From Halomicrobium mukohataei DSM 12286 (lineage in GTDB: Archaea > Halobacteriota > Halobacteria > Halobacteriales > Haloarculaceae): 32,000 bases of DNA. Positions 16,809 through 24,244 of the stretch are shown piece after piece. The notes beneath the pieces were generated by a model. That model did no database searches. It was not told the DNA's origin and saw only the letters and a list, made by a program, of their open reading frames with translations. Where the stretch lies: positions 1,890,001 to 1,922,000 of the forward strand of contig NC_013202.1 in NCBI RefSeq assembly GCF_000023965.1. The letters run 5' to 3'. Each line of letters begins with the position of its first letter. Within the stretch, counting starts at the first letter, position 1. The translations under genes and the position numbers were made by a program.

Positions 16809-17438
16809 CTACGGGTTCGCCGACTCGGCCTCGGTCGGGAGATCGACCGCGACGATGCCGCTCTCGTCGAGTTCGACCGTCCCGTCGAACAGCTGCTCGA
16901 TCGTGTGTAGCGTCTGTTCGTCGTGAGCGGTGGACTCGATGACGTGGAGGCCGACCGCGTCGACGTCGTCGACACGGCTCGTGATCGCGTGCATGAACTC
17001 GAAGACCGTCTGTAGCGTCGCGTACATCAGCAGCGTCGACAGCGAATCGACCATCACGCGGTTGCGCTCCCGGCCGAGGTCGCCGTAGAAGTACTCGATG
17101 AAGTTCGAGAATCCCAGCCCGATCCCCGTCATGTCGACCGGCGACGTCGCGTACTTGACCGTCAGCGTGTCGGTCGTCGACCGCCCGACGTGCTCGGTGA
17201 CACAGTCGACGATCCCGATCGCTCGCGCTTCGTCCTCGTCGTCGAACCCGAACTGCCTGGCGACCCGCCGGGCGCTGTCACGCGTCGTGATCACGATCGC
17301 CCCCTGGTCGGCGTCGAGCCCGTGGGCGAGAATCTGTCGAGCCAGGCGGCGCTTTCCCGTCAACGGCGGCCCCTTCACGAGGATGTTCGTCCCCGGTGCA
17401 ACCATCCGTCCGTCAAGTTGTTCCCCCAGATCGTACAT
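16809..17438 (-). CDS. KaiC/RecA-superfamily single-domain ATPase-like protein
   Basis: ATG at 17438 (MYDLGEQLDG...). P-loop GPPLTGKR at 17349-17372, Walker-B-like VMVDSLSTLL, RecA-like layout. Confidence 0.7.
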   Translation of the reverse strand: MYDLGEQLDGRMVAPGTNILVKGPPLTGKRRLARQILAHGLDADQGAIVITTRDSARRVARQFGFDDEDEARAIGIVDCVTEHVGRSTTDTLTVKYATSPVDMTGIGLGFSNFIEYFYGDLGRERNRVMVDSLSTLLMYATLQTVFEFMHAITSRVDDVDAVGLHVIESTAHDEQTLHTIEQLFDGTVELDESGIVAVDLPTEAESANP

Positions 17439-17578
17439 CGGTAGTCGTCCGTGTGCGACGCTAGCCAGGCGTGCACAGATACGGTAGCCCATGCTTCCCG
17501 TTCAACAGTTATTGCTTTTCGGGATTCGGCAGCAATCGTGGGACGCGAACACGTAACCCGGTGCCCGCGAACCGGGGA

Positions 17579-17587
17579 GTTTAAACC
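17579..17587 (+). promoter_or_regulatory. TATA-like box for tRNA-Arg
   Basis: gtttaaacc is centred about 31 nt upstream of the mature tRNA 5' end at 17614. Confidence 0.45.
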
Positions 17588-17613
17588 GGGACGCCCTCAT
17601 AGCAATTAGCACA

Positions 17614-17688
17614 GGGCGCTTAGCTCAGCCTGGACAGAGTACGTGGCTTCGGACCACGTTGCCGGGGGTTCAAATCCCTCAGCGCTCG
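17614..17688 (+). tRNA. tRNA-Arg, anticodon UCG
   Basis: Hand-folded cloverleaf: acceptor GGGCGCT/AGCGCTC (one G-U), D arm GCTC..GAGT, anticodon stem CGTGG/CCACG with loop CTTCGGA (TCG), 5-nt variable loop, T arm GGGGG-TTCAAAT-CCCTC, discriminator G. No encoded CCA. Confidence 0.9.
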
Positions 17689-17793
17689 TGGCTTTTCGCG
17701 AACGAACGTGAGCGAAAGAGCGGAGCGTACCGGTGATTCGAGCAGATGAGACGATCACGGCGAGTCTCGGCGCGGTCCATCCCCCGGCGCTCG
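17676..17793 (+). repeat. 118-nt direct repeat, copy A (last 13 nt of tRNA-Arg plus 105 nt downstream)
   Basis: Matches 19462-19579 with 4 mismatches in 118 nt by hand alignment. The unit starts with ccctcagcgctcg and ends with cccccggcgctcg. Confidence 0.9.
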
Positions 17794-17848
17794 CTTCTCG
17801 GCGGCTCGCAAAGACGCGAGCGGCCGGTTCGGGAACGACTGTGGATTT
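17794..17848 (+). repeat. 55-nt repeat R2, copy 1
   Basis: cttctcggcggctcgcaaagacgcgagcggccggttcgggaacgactgtggattt matches 17923-17977 with 6 mismatches. It is preceded by ggcgctcg. Confidence 0.8.
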
Positions 17849-17900
17849 GAACCCTGGGAGTCGCAGCGGTCGAGCAGAGTGAGGCCGACCGTCTCCATCC

Positions 17901-17922
17901 GGTTCAAATCCCACAGCGCTCG
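17901..17922 (+). repeat. 22-nt copy of the tRNA-Arg 3' end (T loop to discriminator)
   Basis: ggttcaaatcccacagcgctcg versus tRNA 17667-17688 ggttcaaatccctcagcgctcg, 1 mismatch. Confidence 0.85.
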
Positions 17923-17977
17923 CTTCTCTGCGGCTCGCAAACACGCGAGCCGCTGGTTCGGGAACAACTGAGGATTT
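17923..17977 (+). repeat. 55-nt repeat R2, copy 2
   Basis: cttctctgcggctcgcaaacacgcgagccgctggttcgggaacaactgaggattt. It directly follows the 22-nt tRNA-end copy. Confidence 0.8.
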
Positions 17978-18086
17978 CAGAGCCATTTTCAAGCAGTACT
18001 GGACTTCGTTTACTCAGCGTTGACCAGCCCTCTCTAACTAAACGATCTCCGAAAATCATTTACTCAACGGAGCGCTATCGAGAGTA

Positions 18087-19292
18087 ATGAAAGACGGGTA
18101 CCTGATCGATACACCAGCGCCGGGGAAGTACCTGTCCGCCGATTCGACAGCATCACTTCCCGCATCGAAATTCTATCTCCCAGACGATCTTCCACCGTCG
18201 TTGGAACTCTCTGCCGAGGTCATCGAGGCACACGGGCGAGCGATGCATTCACTCGGTCGCCTCGACGGTTTCTGGAGTAAGGTCGACGACCCAGAGACTG
18301 CCTTTGGCCTGTTTGTGTACAAGGAGGCAGAACAGTCCTCGCAGGTCGAAGGGACGCAGGTGACCGTCTCAGATATGCTTCAGAGAGGGAGCGATTCGAA
18401 GGACGTACGAGAAGCTCGGAACTACGCTACGGCGCTCCGGGATGCAACTGAGACGCTGATCAATCAGGGTCGGAGTCGACAGCAGCTCTCGCTCGCTCTC
18501 CTGCAATCACTGCACGAGTCGCTGATGGAAACCGGACGAACGGACGACGAGGATCCACGACCGGGCGAGTTCCGGGATCGATACGTCTGGATCGAGGAAG
18601 AGCAACAGCGTGGCTACGGTACCGCTGTCCGATTCGCTCCCCCGAAACCGGAGATCGCTGTGTCGAAGATGGACAATTTCGAGGAGTACATGCAGCACGG
18701 AGGGTACCCGACGCTCGTCGATATCGGGCTGCTCCATTACCAGCTCGAAACGGTTCATCCGTTCGTCGACGGCAACGGTCGTGTCGGGCGGCTGTTGATC
18801 GTCCTGATGCTGATCGCTGACGACATTCTCGTCCACCCGCTGTTCTACCTCAGTTCCTATATTCGTCGTAATCGCGACGAGTACACGGATCGCTTGCTCG
18901 CAGTCAACGAGGAGGGAGAGTGGAATGCCTGGCTCGAATTCTTTTTGATCGGAATTCGAGAACAGGCAGACGAAGCCTTTACTCGCGCGAAATTACTGCT
19001 TCAGTTGCGGGAGGGATATCGTCAGGAATACAGTGACGCCGCTCCCTCGGTCCAGGCCCTGATCGAAGCTCTGTTCACCGAACCTATCTTCACCGTCTCT
19101 CGGGCAGCCGAACTGATCGATATGTCGTACCAGGCAGCGAACAAAGCAGTCGACCGACTCGAAGCAGACGGTGTCGTCGAGGAACTCACTGGTCAAGAAC
19201 GATATCGTCAGTTTCAGGCGAACGAAGTACTCGGGGTTCTGAACAGAAGTCAGGCTGAGATTCCCGCTCCCGGTGAACTAATAGCTGAGTAA
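18087..19292 (+). CDS. Fic-family protein (AMPylase-type) with an internal inhibitory helix motif and a C-terminal wHTH-like region
   Basis: 401 aa. Fic active-site motif HPFVDGNGRVGR at 18756-18791. N-terminal SxxxEG motif (SSQVEG) at 18336-18353. A/T third positions are much more frequent than in flanking genes. Confidence 0.9.
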   Translation: MKDGYLIDTPAPGKYLSADSTASLPASKFYLPDDLPPSLELSAEVIEAHGRAMHSLGRLDGFWSKVDDPETAFGLFVYKEAEQSSQVEGTQVTVSDMLQRGSDSKDVREARNYATALRDATETLINQGRSRQQLSLALLQSLHESLMETGRTDDEDPRPGEFRDRYVWIEEEQQRGYGTAVRFAPPKPEIAVSKMDNFEEYMQHGGYPTLVDIGLLHYQLETVHPFVDGNGRVGRLLIVLMLIADDILVHPLFYLSSYIRRNRDEYTDRLLAVNEEGEWNAWLEFFLIGIREQADEAFTRAKLLLQLREGYRQEYSDAAPSVQALIEALFTEPIFTVSRAAELIDMSYQAANKAVDRLEADGVVEELTGQERYRQFQANEVLGVLNRSQAEIPAPGELIAE

Positions 19293-19461
19293 ACTGTCGT
19301 TCGATCAGAACGCGTTCGGCCGGGATGGATCTACTCGATCGGTCGATTTCCCCATTACGTTCTCCCAGTGGGACTTCTTTCGCTGTCTGGCCGTCTTTGA
19401 GACCCGTATAGATCCTCGCAGCGTTGCTCTACTGAAGACCCGTTCAGCAGGCGAACGAGCG

Positions 19462-19579
19462 CCCTCAGCGCTCGTAGCTTTTCGCGAACGGACGTGGGCG
19501 AAAGAGCGGAGCGTACCGGTGATTCGAGCAGACGAGACGATCACGGCGAGTCTCGGCGCGGTCCATCCCCCGGCGCTCG
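19462..19579 (+). repeat. 118-nt direct repeat, copy B
   Basis: See copy A. It starts with the 13-nt tRNA-Arg 3' end sequence ccctcagcgctcg. Confidence 0.9.
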
Positions 19580-19721
19580 TGACTTTGCGACGGGCGGAGC
19601 CGAGGGGGTCGGGCACCGCTCTGACACTGTCGGCTATCTCTTCGTGATACATCTCCTCTCGACCGGATCGAACGCAAGCGCTTTCAGTCGGTCTCGTGAT
19701 GTCGCTCTCACGATCACTCAG

Positions 19722-20732
19722 ATGGTGGATCGAACCGAACCACCGGAGCCGGCACGGCTCGTCGAGATCGTCGAAACGGAACCGGTCGAACGGGTGCGGG
19801 ACGCACTGACGGCACTCGCCGCCGCACCCCCGTCCGTTCGGAAGGACGCGGTACGGGCGCTGGGCGACCTCGCGGACGACGCTCCCTCGCGCTTCGACGG
19901 TCTGGCTCCCGCAGTCGCCTCGTTTCTCACCGACGAGGAACGCGCGATACGGCTCACGACCGCGAAGCTGTTCGTTGCCGTCGCCGAGGCCGAACCCGAC
20001 GCCGTCCTCGCGGCCGTCGACGATCTCGGCGCTCGCCTCGCCGACGAGGACGAGTTTTACTACGTCCGTGCTCGCTCGGCCGAAGCGCTGGGATACGTCG
20101 CTCTCGACCACCCCGACGCTGTCGCAGCGCCCGACGTGCTCGCCGATCTGCGCGTCGGCCTCGCGTTCGACGAGCCCGAGGTCACGGCAAAACTCGCCAA
20201 GGCGCTGGCGTTCGTCGCGCTCGGCGATCCCGACCGACTCCGACACCTCGTCGAACACCTCGGGGATCACCTCGACGCCGAGAGCGAACTCGTCAGGTAC
20301 CACGTCTGTACGGCGCTGGTCGCGACCGGCTGCGAGCACCCGGAGCGCCTGGCCGACGTTCGGGGGGCGCTCGCTGCGCGCCTGGACGACCCGAATCCGT
20401 ACGTCCGGGGTCGCGCGGCGGAAGCGTTCGGGACCGTCGGGGCCGACGTTTTCGAAGAGTATCCGACCGCCCGACTGCGGGCGCTGACTGCCGACGACGA
20501 GTCGTTCGTCACAGAGCGTGGAGCGTTCGCGCTCACGGCGGAGCGAGGCCGATCAGCGGAACGGCGCTCGGACGACGGCGATCTCGGAACGATCGCGTCG
20601 CTTCGCCGGACGACCGGTTCGGTGATCGAGGCGCTGACGACCGCCGACGCCGTCGACGACTGTCCCCACTGCGGGACTGCACTGCCCGAGTCGGGGCCGC
20701 CGATGTGTCCCCAGTGTGGCGCGCCGCGATAG
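19722..20732 (+). CDS. HEAT/PBS-lyase-like repeat protein with a C-terminal zinc ribbon
   Basis: ATG at 19722 within track ORF 19494-20732; the upstream part lies inside repeat copy B. Repeated helical units (VRARSAEALGYV, VRGRAAEAFGTVG, VTAKLAKALAFV) are followed by CPHCG..x9..CPQCG. Confidence 0.75.
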   Translation: MVDRTEPPEPARLVEIVETEPVERVRDALTALAAAPPSVRKDAVRALGDLADDAPSRFDGLAPAVASFLTDEERAIRLTTAKLFVAVAEAEPDAVLAAVDDLGARLADEDEFYYVRARSAEALGYVALDHPDAVAAPDVLADLRVGLAFDEPEVTAKLAKALAFVALGDPDRLRHLVEHLGDHLDAESELVRYHVCTALVATGCEHPERLADVRGALAARLDDPNPYVRGRAAEAFGTVGADVFEEYPTARLRALTADDESFVTERGAFALTAERGRSAERRSDDGDLGTIASLRRTTGSVIEALTTADAVDDCPHCGTALPESGPPMCPQCGAPR

Positions 20733-20741
20733 TTTCGGCCT

Positions 20742-20776
20742 GCCTAAAATCCACAACGCATATATATTGTTTAGGC
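20742..20776 (+). promoter_or_regulatory. Promoter: TATA box flanked by an inverted repeat GCCTAAA / TTTAGGC
   Basis: catatatatt (20759-20768) is centred about 25 nt upstream of the ATG at 20789. The arms GCCTAAA (20742-20748) and TTTAGGC (20770-20776) bracket it. Confidence 0.5.
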
Positions 20777-20788
20777 GAGCCAAATCCT

Positions 20789-21709
20789 ATGGCGCGCAAC
20801 TCGAACGACGCGAACGGAGCGACCGACCGCGAAGTCGTGATCGTCGGCGGTGGCCCCGCGGGCTGTTCGGCGGGCGTGTTTACCGCCCGATACGACCTGG
20901 ATACGGTCGTGTTCGACCGTGGACGCTCGTCGCTCCGGCGGTGCGCTCACCTCGAAAACTACCTCGGCTTCCCCGCGGGCATGGACATCGAGACACTCTA
21001 CGATCTGTTCCACGACCACGCCCGAGAGGCCGGCTGTGACCTCCGTTCGGACCTCGTCGAGTCCGTCGAGCGCCGTGACGACGACGGCTTCCTCGTGGAG
21101 CTTCAGTCCGGCGACCCGGTCACGACCGACCGAGTCGTCGCTGCGACGCGATACGGCGGGGAGTACCTCCTGTCGCTGGACGAGGCCGCGATGGTGACGA
21201 CCCGCGAGCACGACGGCGAGGTACACGAGACCTTCGACGACACCTATCCCGCGGCGGACGGGACGACGCCGATCGACGGGCTGTACGTCGCCTCGCCCTC
21301 CGGAGCGTCCCGGCAGGCGATCGTCGCTGCCGGGCGGGGCGCGCGGACGGCCCTGAGCGTCGTCGAAGACGTTCGCCGCGGCCGCGGCGTTCCCGAGCCG
21401 GTCGTCGATCACTACGACTGGGTCCGTCGGCGCGCGGAGCTAGACGAGGAGTGGGACGATCGGGACCGGTGGCGCGAGTGGTTCGCCCAGCGGCTTCCGG
21501 ACGAGCTCGATCCCGAATCGCCGGCACTGGCGTCCGTTCGCGAGTCCGAGATCGATCGGGTGTTCGAGAGCTACGTCGACGAAGACGAGATCGAGCGACG
21601 GCGCGAACGCGGCCAACAACGACTCCTCGATCACGTCGACGACGATCTGATCGTCGAACGGGCCCGTGTCATCGAGGACCGAACTGCGCCAGAGCGTGCC
21701 GACGACTGA
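20789..21709 (+). CDS. FAD/NAD(P)-dependent oxidoreductase (thioredoxin-reductase-like fold) with an acidic C-terminal extension
   Basis: ATG at 20789 within track ORF 20705-21709. Dinucleotide-binding motif VVIVGGGPAGCSAG. No obvious CxxC redox pair seen. Confidence 0.8.
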   Translation: MARNSNDANGATDREVVIVGGGPAGCSAGVFTARYDLDTVVFDRGRSSLRRCAHLENYLGFPAGMDIETLYDLFHDHAREAGCDLRSDLVESVERRDDDGFLVELQSGDPVTTDRVVAATRYGGEYLLSLDEAAMVTTREHDGEVHETFDDTYPAADGTTPIDGLYVASPSGASRQAIVAAGRGARTALSVVEDVRRGRGVPEPVVDHYDWVRRRAELDEEWDDRDRWREWFAQRLPDELDPESPALASVRESEIDRVFESYVDEDEIERRRERGQQRLLDHVDDDLIVERARVIEDRTAPERADD

Positions 21710-21851
21710 CGCCGACCGTCCGTCTGTGACGTACCCGCCACCCCGAACGAGCGACCATCTCACGACGGGAAGTCGTCCGACTGCCGTGTCGCTCGTGAGT
21801 GCCGGCGATCTCGTCGGCGTCGCCGGAGCGGAGACCGTAGCGGTTATATGC

Positions 21852-21869
21852 TTTTAGGTAAACCTAAAA
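21852..21869. promoter_or_regulatory. Perfect palindrome TTTTAGGT-AA-ACCTAAAA overlapping the promoter region of the next gene
   Basis: 8-nt arms at 21852-21859 and 21862-21869. Flanked by A/T-rich TATA-like stretches (ggttatatg and aaaaatatag). Confidence 0.45.
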
Positions 21870-21917
21870 ATATAGTCGCGGACGCCGGTGACGGCGACAA
21901 CCCACGGTGAGAGACAG

Positions 21918-22826
21918 ATGATCGGGACGACACTCGCAGAGCTTCGAGAACGCGTCGAACGGCTCGCCACGGACGACGGTTCGTACCGCGTCGTCTGTGG
22001 TCGGACTGGCGAGCGACCGGTCCCCGTCGCGACACTGCGCTTCGACAGTCGCTCGACGGCACGCCTCGCGGTCCGTGCGACCGAACAGTACCGGAGCACG
22101 CTTCGCACGTACGATCCTCGGACGCCGCGATACGACCTGATCGTCTGCGAGGAGTCGGACCCGTTCGGCGACCGGGCGCTCTCTGCGGGCTCCCGTCCGG
22201 ACACCGACGCCGCGGTGCCGTCGGTGGCTGACGCCTGCGATTCGAACGAGGGGACACAACGGCGCATCGAGTTCTGTCACCGGGTCGCCGCAGCCGTCTT
22301 CGAGGCGCTGTCCGACGGCCCGTACGACGACCTGGAGACCGCCATCGTGGATGCGTACTTCGAACTCGCAGAGACCGTCGACGACCCGGACGACCTCTGT
22401 CTGTGCTTGCTGGAGTGTCTCGCTACCGAGTTCGACGCGCGACTGCGCCCCGACCAGCAGGCAGCACTGTTGACCGACGCGGCGTCGCAGCTGACGCCCG
22501 TCGATCGGACCCGGCAGCCGGTCGCCACGGCACTGGCGGCGCTCCAGCGTCGCGGCCTCGTCGGGGAGTTCAGCTGTCGCTCGACCTCGATCGACCGGGA
22601 GAACCGACGACGGACCGTCCAGGCGACGCTCTCTGCGTACGCACTGTCGGTCCGGGACGGTCGACTGCCGGTGCTTCCGGTGGCAGTCGAACTGTCGCGC
22701 CACCAGCCCGAGTGGTCACTGTCGGGGTTCCGCGTCGTCGACGCGGACCGCGGCTGGCGTCTCGTCGTCGAACTCGGCGGCAGCGAGCCGATGTCGCTCT
22801 CGACCGTCCCGGTCCAGTCGCCGTAG
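21918..22826 (+). CDS. Hypothetical protein (acidic, Cys-containing, no recognised motif)
   Basis: Track ORF starts at GTG 21888. I prefer the ATG at 21918 (MIGTTLAELRERVERL) given the TATA-like box position, but the start is uncertain. Coding-like GC3 throughout. Confidence 0.65.
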   Translation: MIGTTLAELRERVERLATDDGSYRVVCGRTGERPVPVATLRFDSRSTARLAVRATEQYRSTLRTYDPRTPRYDLIVCEESDPFGDRALSAGSRPDTDAAVPSVADACDSNEGTQRRIEFCHRVAAAVFEALSDGPYDDLETAIVDAYFELAETVDDPDDLCLCLLECLATEFDARLRPDQQAALLTDAASQLTPVDRTRQPVATALAALQRRGLVGEFSCRSTSIDRENRRRTVQATLSAYALSVRDGRLPVLPVAVELSRHQPEWSLSGFRVVDADRGWRLVVELGGSEPMSLSTVPVQSP

Positions 22827-22994
22827 CGCCCCGGACGGCCACCCACTCCGCATCGACTGCGATCGGGCCTCGTTCTCAGTCGATAGGAACGCCACTCTCG
22901 CTTGAAGGGGTCTCACACGGTAGTTTCACGTAGATCGATCGGCGTCCCCGTCGTGCCCACTGGACGCAGAAACGCAACAGCCAAACCCACACCA

Positions 22995-23297
22995 ATGTTA
23001 CCGAACGTCACCACCACGGTCATGGTCATCGTCCTCGTGATCAGTACGGTCATCTTCGGCGGGCTCATCGCGTATCTCGCGCACCGTGCCGCCCGCCGAT
23101 TACACTCCCGACCGATGCAACTGTTCAGCGTCGGGTTCGCCATTCTGACGGCCGGCCTGGCTACCAGCGGGGTGCTCGCAGTGCTCTTTCGCCTCGACGC
23201 GAAGGAGGGACTGCTGATTCAGGGCGTGTTCGTCCTCGTCGGCCTCGGCGTCCTCCTTCGGTCGATCTACATGCGCAGCCCGAACGTCGGCGTCTGA
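22995..23297 (+). CDS. Small membrane protein (3 TM helices)
   Basis: ATG at 22995 within track ORF 22902-23297 (MLPNVTTTVMVIVLVISTVIFGGLIAYLA...). Confidence 0.6.
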   Translation: MLPNVTTTVMVIVLVISTVIFGGLIAYLAHRAARRLHSRPMQLFSVGFAILTAGLATSGVLAVLFRLDAKEGLLIQGVFVLVGLGVLLRSIYMRSPNVGV

Positions 23298-23769
23298 TGC
23301 CGTCGCCCGTCGCTGGCAACTACCGATCTCCGGCGACACGAACGAACGCCATCGGATGAGGGTATGGGCACCGGGTGGACGCTGACAGACCTTCCGACGC
23401 CCGCGAGATCGACGGCGAACCGTTCGACGACACCGGTGAGTGCGCACGGATCGCCATCAGCGGACGAGGCGCTGCCGTTCGTGAACAGCTTTGCGCTCGC
23501 GCCGCCGTACGATGTCCTCGAAGAACACGGATTCGAGTGTGTGACCTACAATCTGTTGCCGGATTTATGGGAAATGGAGGTAGAACATGGATAAACGTCT
23601 CTATATCCCGACATCTGCTGATTTTTCACTCTCTTTATATTCGTATATCGCACTTCACACCTACTTTCACCTCGGCCGACGGTTCATTCGCTTCGCTGTC
23701 ATCGATCTGATTCGGAGACGAAGCCGTTCGGGACAACCACTTCCTCGAACGGCGCGAAACGTCCGCCCG

Positions 23770-24150
23770 ATGACCGAAGACTACGACGACCTGCCGCTGG
23801 TGTACTCGTGCTCTGGGTGTTCGAGTGCGGCCCAGATGGCCAACGACCTCGCCGTACGACTCGACCGCGAGCGCGTGGCGGAGATGTCCTGTATCGCGGG
23901 CGTGGGTGCAGACGTCGACCCGCTCGTGGAGACGGCAACTGCCGGGCGACCGATGGTCGTGATCGACGGGTGCCCCCTGGAGTGTGCGCGCAACAGCCTC
24001 GAACGCCACGACGTGGCCCCGGACCGTCACGTCAACCTCGCCAAACGCGGCGTGGCGAAGGAGTATCACACGGACTACGACGACGATCAGGCCGAGCGCC
24101 TGTTCGAAGACCTCCGCGCGACGATCGAAGACCTCACCGCGACGGCCTGA
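23770..24150 (+). CDS. DGC-domain putative zinc-binding protein
   Basis: ATG at 23770 within track ORF 23587-24150. YSCSGCSSAAQMAN ... MVVIDGCPLECA matches the DGC-domain Cys pattern. Confidence 0.75.
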   Translation: MTEDYDDLPLVYSCSGCSSAAQMANDLAVRLDRERVAEMSCIAGVGADVDPLVETATAGRPMVVIDGCPLECARNSLERHDVAPDRHVNLAKRGVAKEYHTDYDDDQAERLFEDLRATIEDLTATA

Positions 24151-24244
24151 TCTCCCGGCCGGCAATGTGGTGTGTGTGTCGAGCCCGGCCGGAGATCCGC
24201 CTCGATCCCGGTGCGTTGAAGCCGTCGCAGTCCCGAGCCCCGAT

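Larger units (their letters stand above)
17689..19579 (+). mobile_element. Putative relic of tRNA-Arg-targeted integrated element(s) carrying fic (no recombinase present)
   Basis: The segment is bracketed by the 118-nt direct repeats that include the tRNA 3' end. It contains an internal extra tRNA-end copy and a lower-GC cargo gene with an A/T-rich upstream region. No integrase or excisionase ORF is found. Confidence 0.45.

Noticed and set aside
17831-17857. Possible second tRNA or tRNA fragment on the minus strand (gggttcaaatccacagtcgttccc)
   Set aside because: Only a T-loop-like string is present. The T stem does not pair and there is no upstream D or anticodon arm. I treat it as a degenerate att-like fragment.
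17606-17992. 128-aa minus-strand ORF with internal VVPEPAARVFASRREASA repeat
   Set aside because: It runs through the tRNA-Arg gene and the non-coding repeat units. The peptide repeat reflects the 55-nt DNA repeat.
17676-19579. CRISPR array as an explanation for the repeats
   Set aside because: The repeat units are 118 and 55 nt, occur only twice each, are irregularly spaced and include tRNA sequence. No cas genes are present. This is not CRISPR architecture.
19305-20339. 344-aa minus-strand ORF
   Set aside because: It is antisense to the HEAT-repeat gene and extends through repeat copy B. Its tail (19305-19460) shows no integrase or recombinase motifs, although I looked for a decayed int gene there.
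23580-23700. Replication origin in the A/T-rich tract
   Set aside because: There is no adjacent orc1/cdc6 gene, and I could see no ORB-type long inverted repeats flanking the tract.
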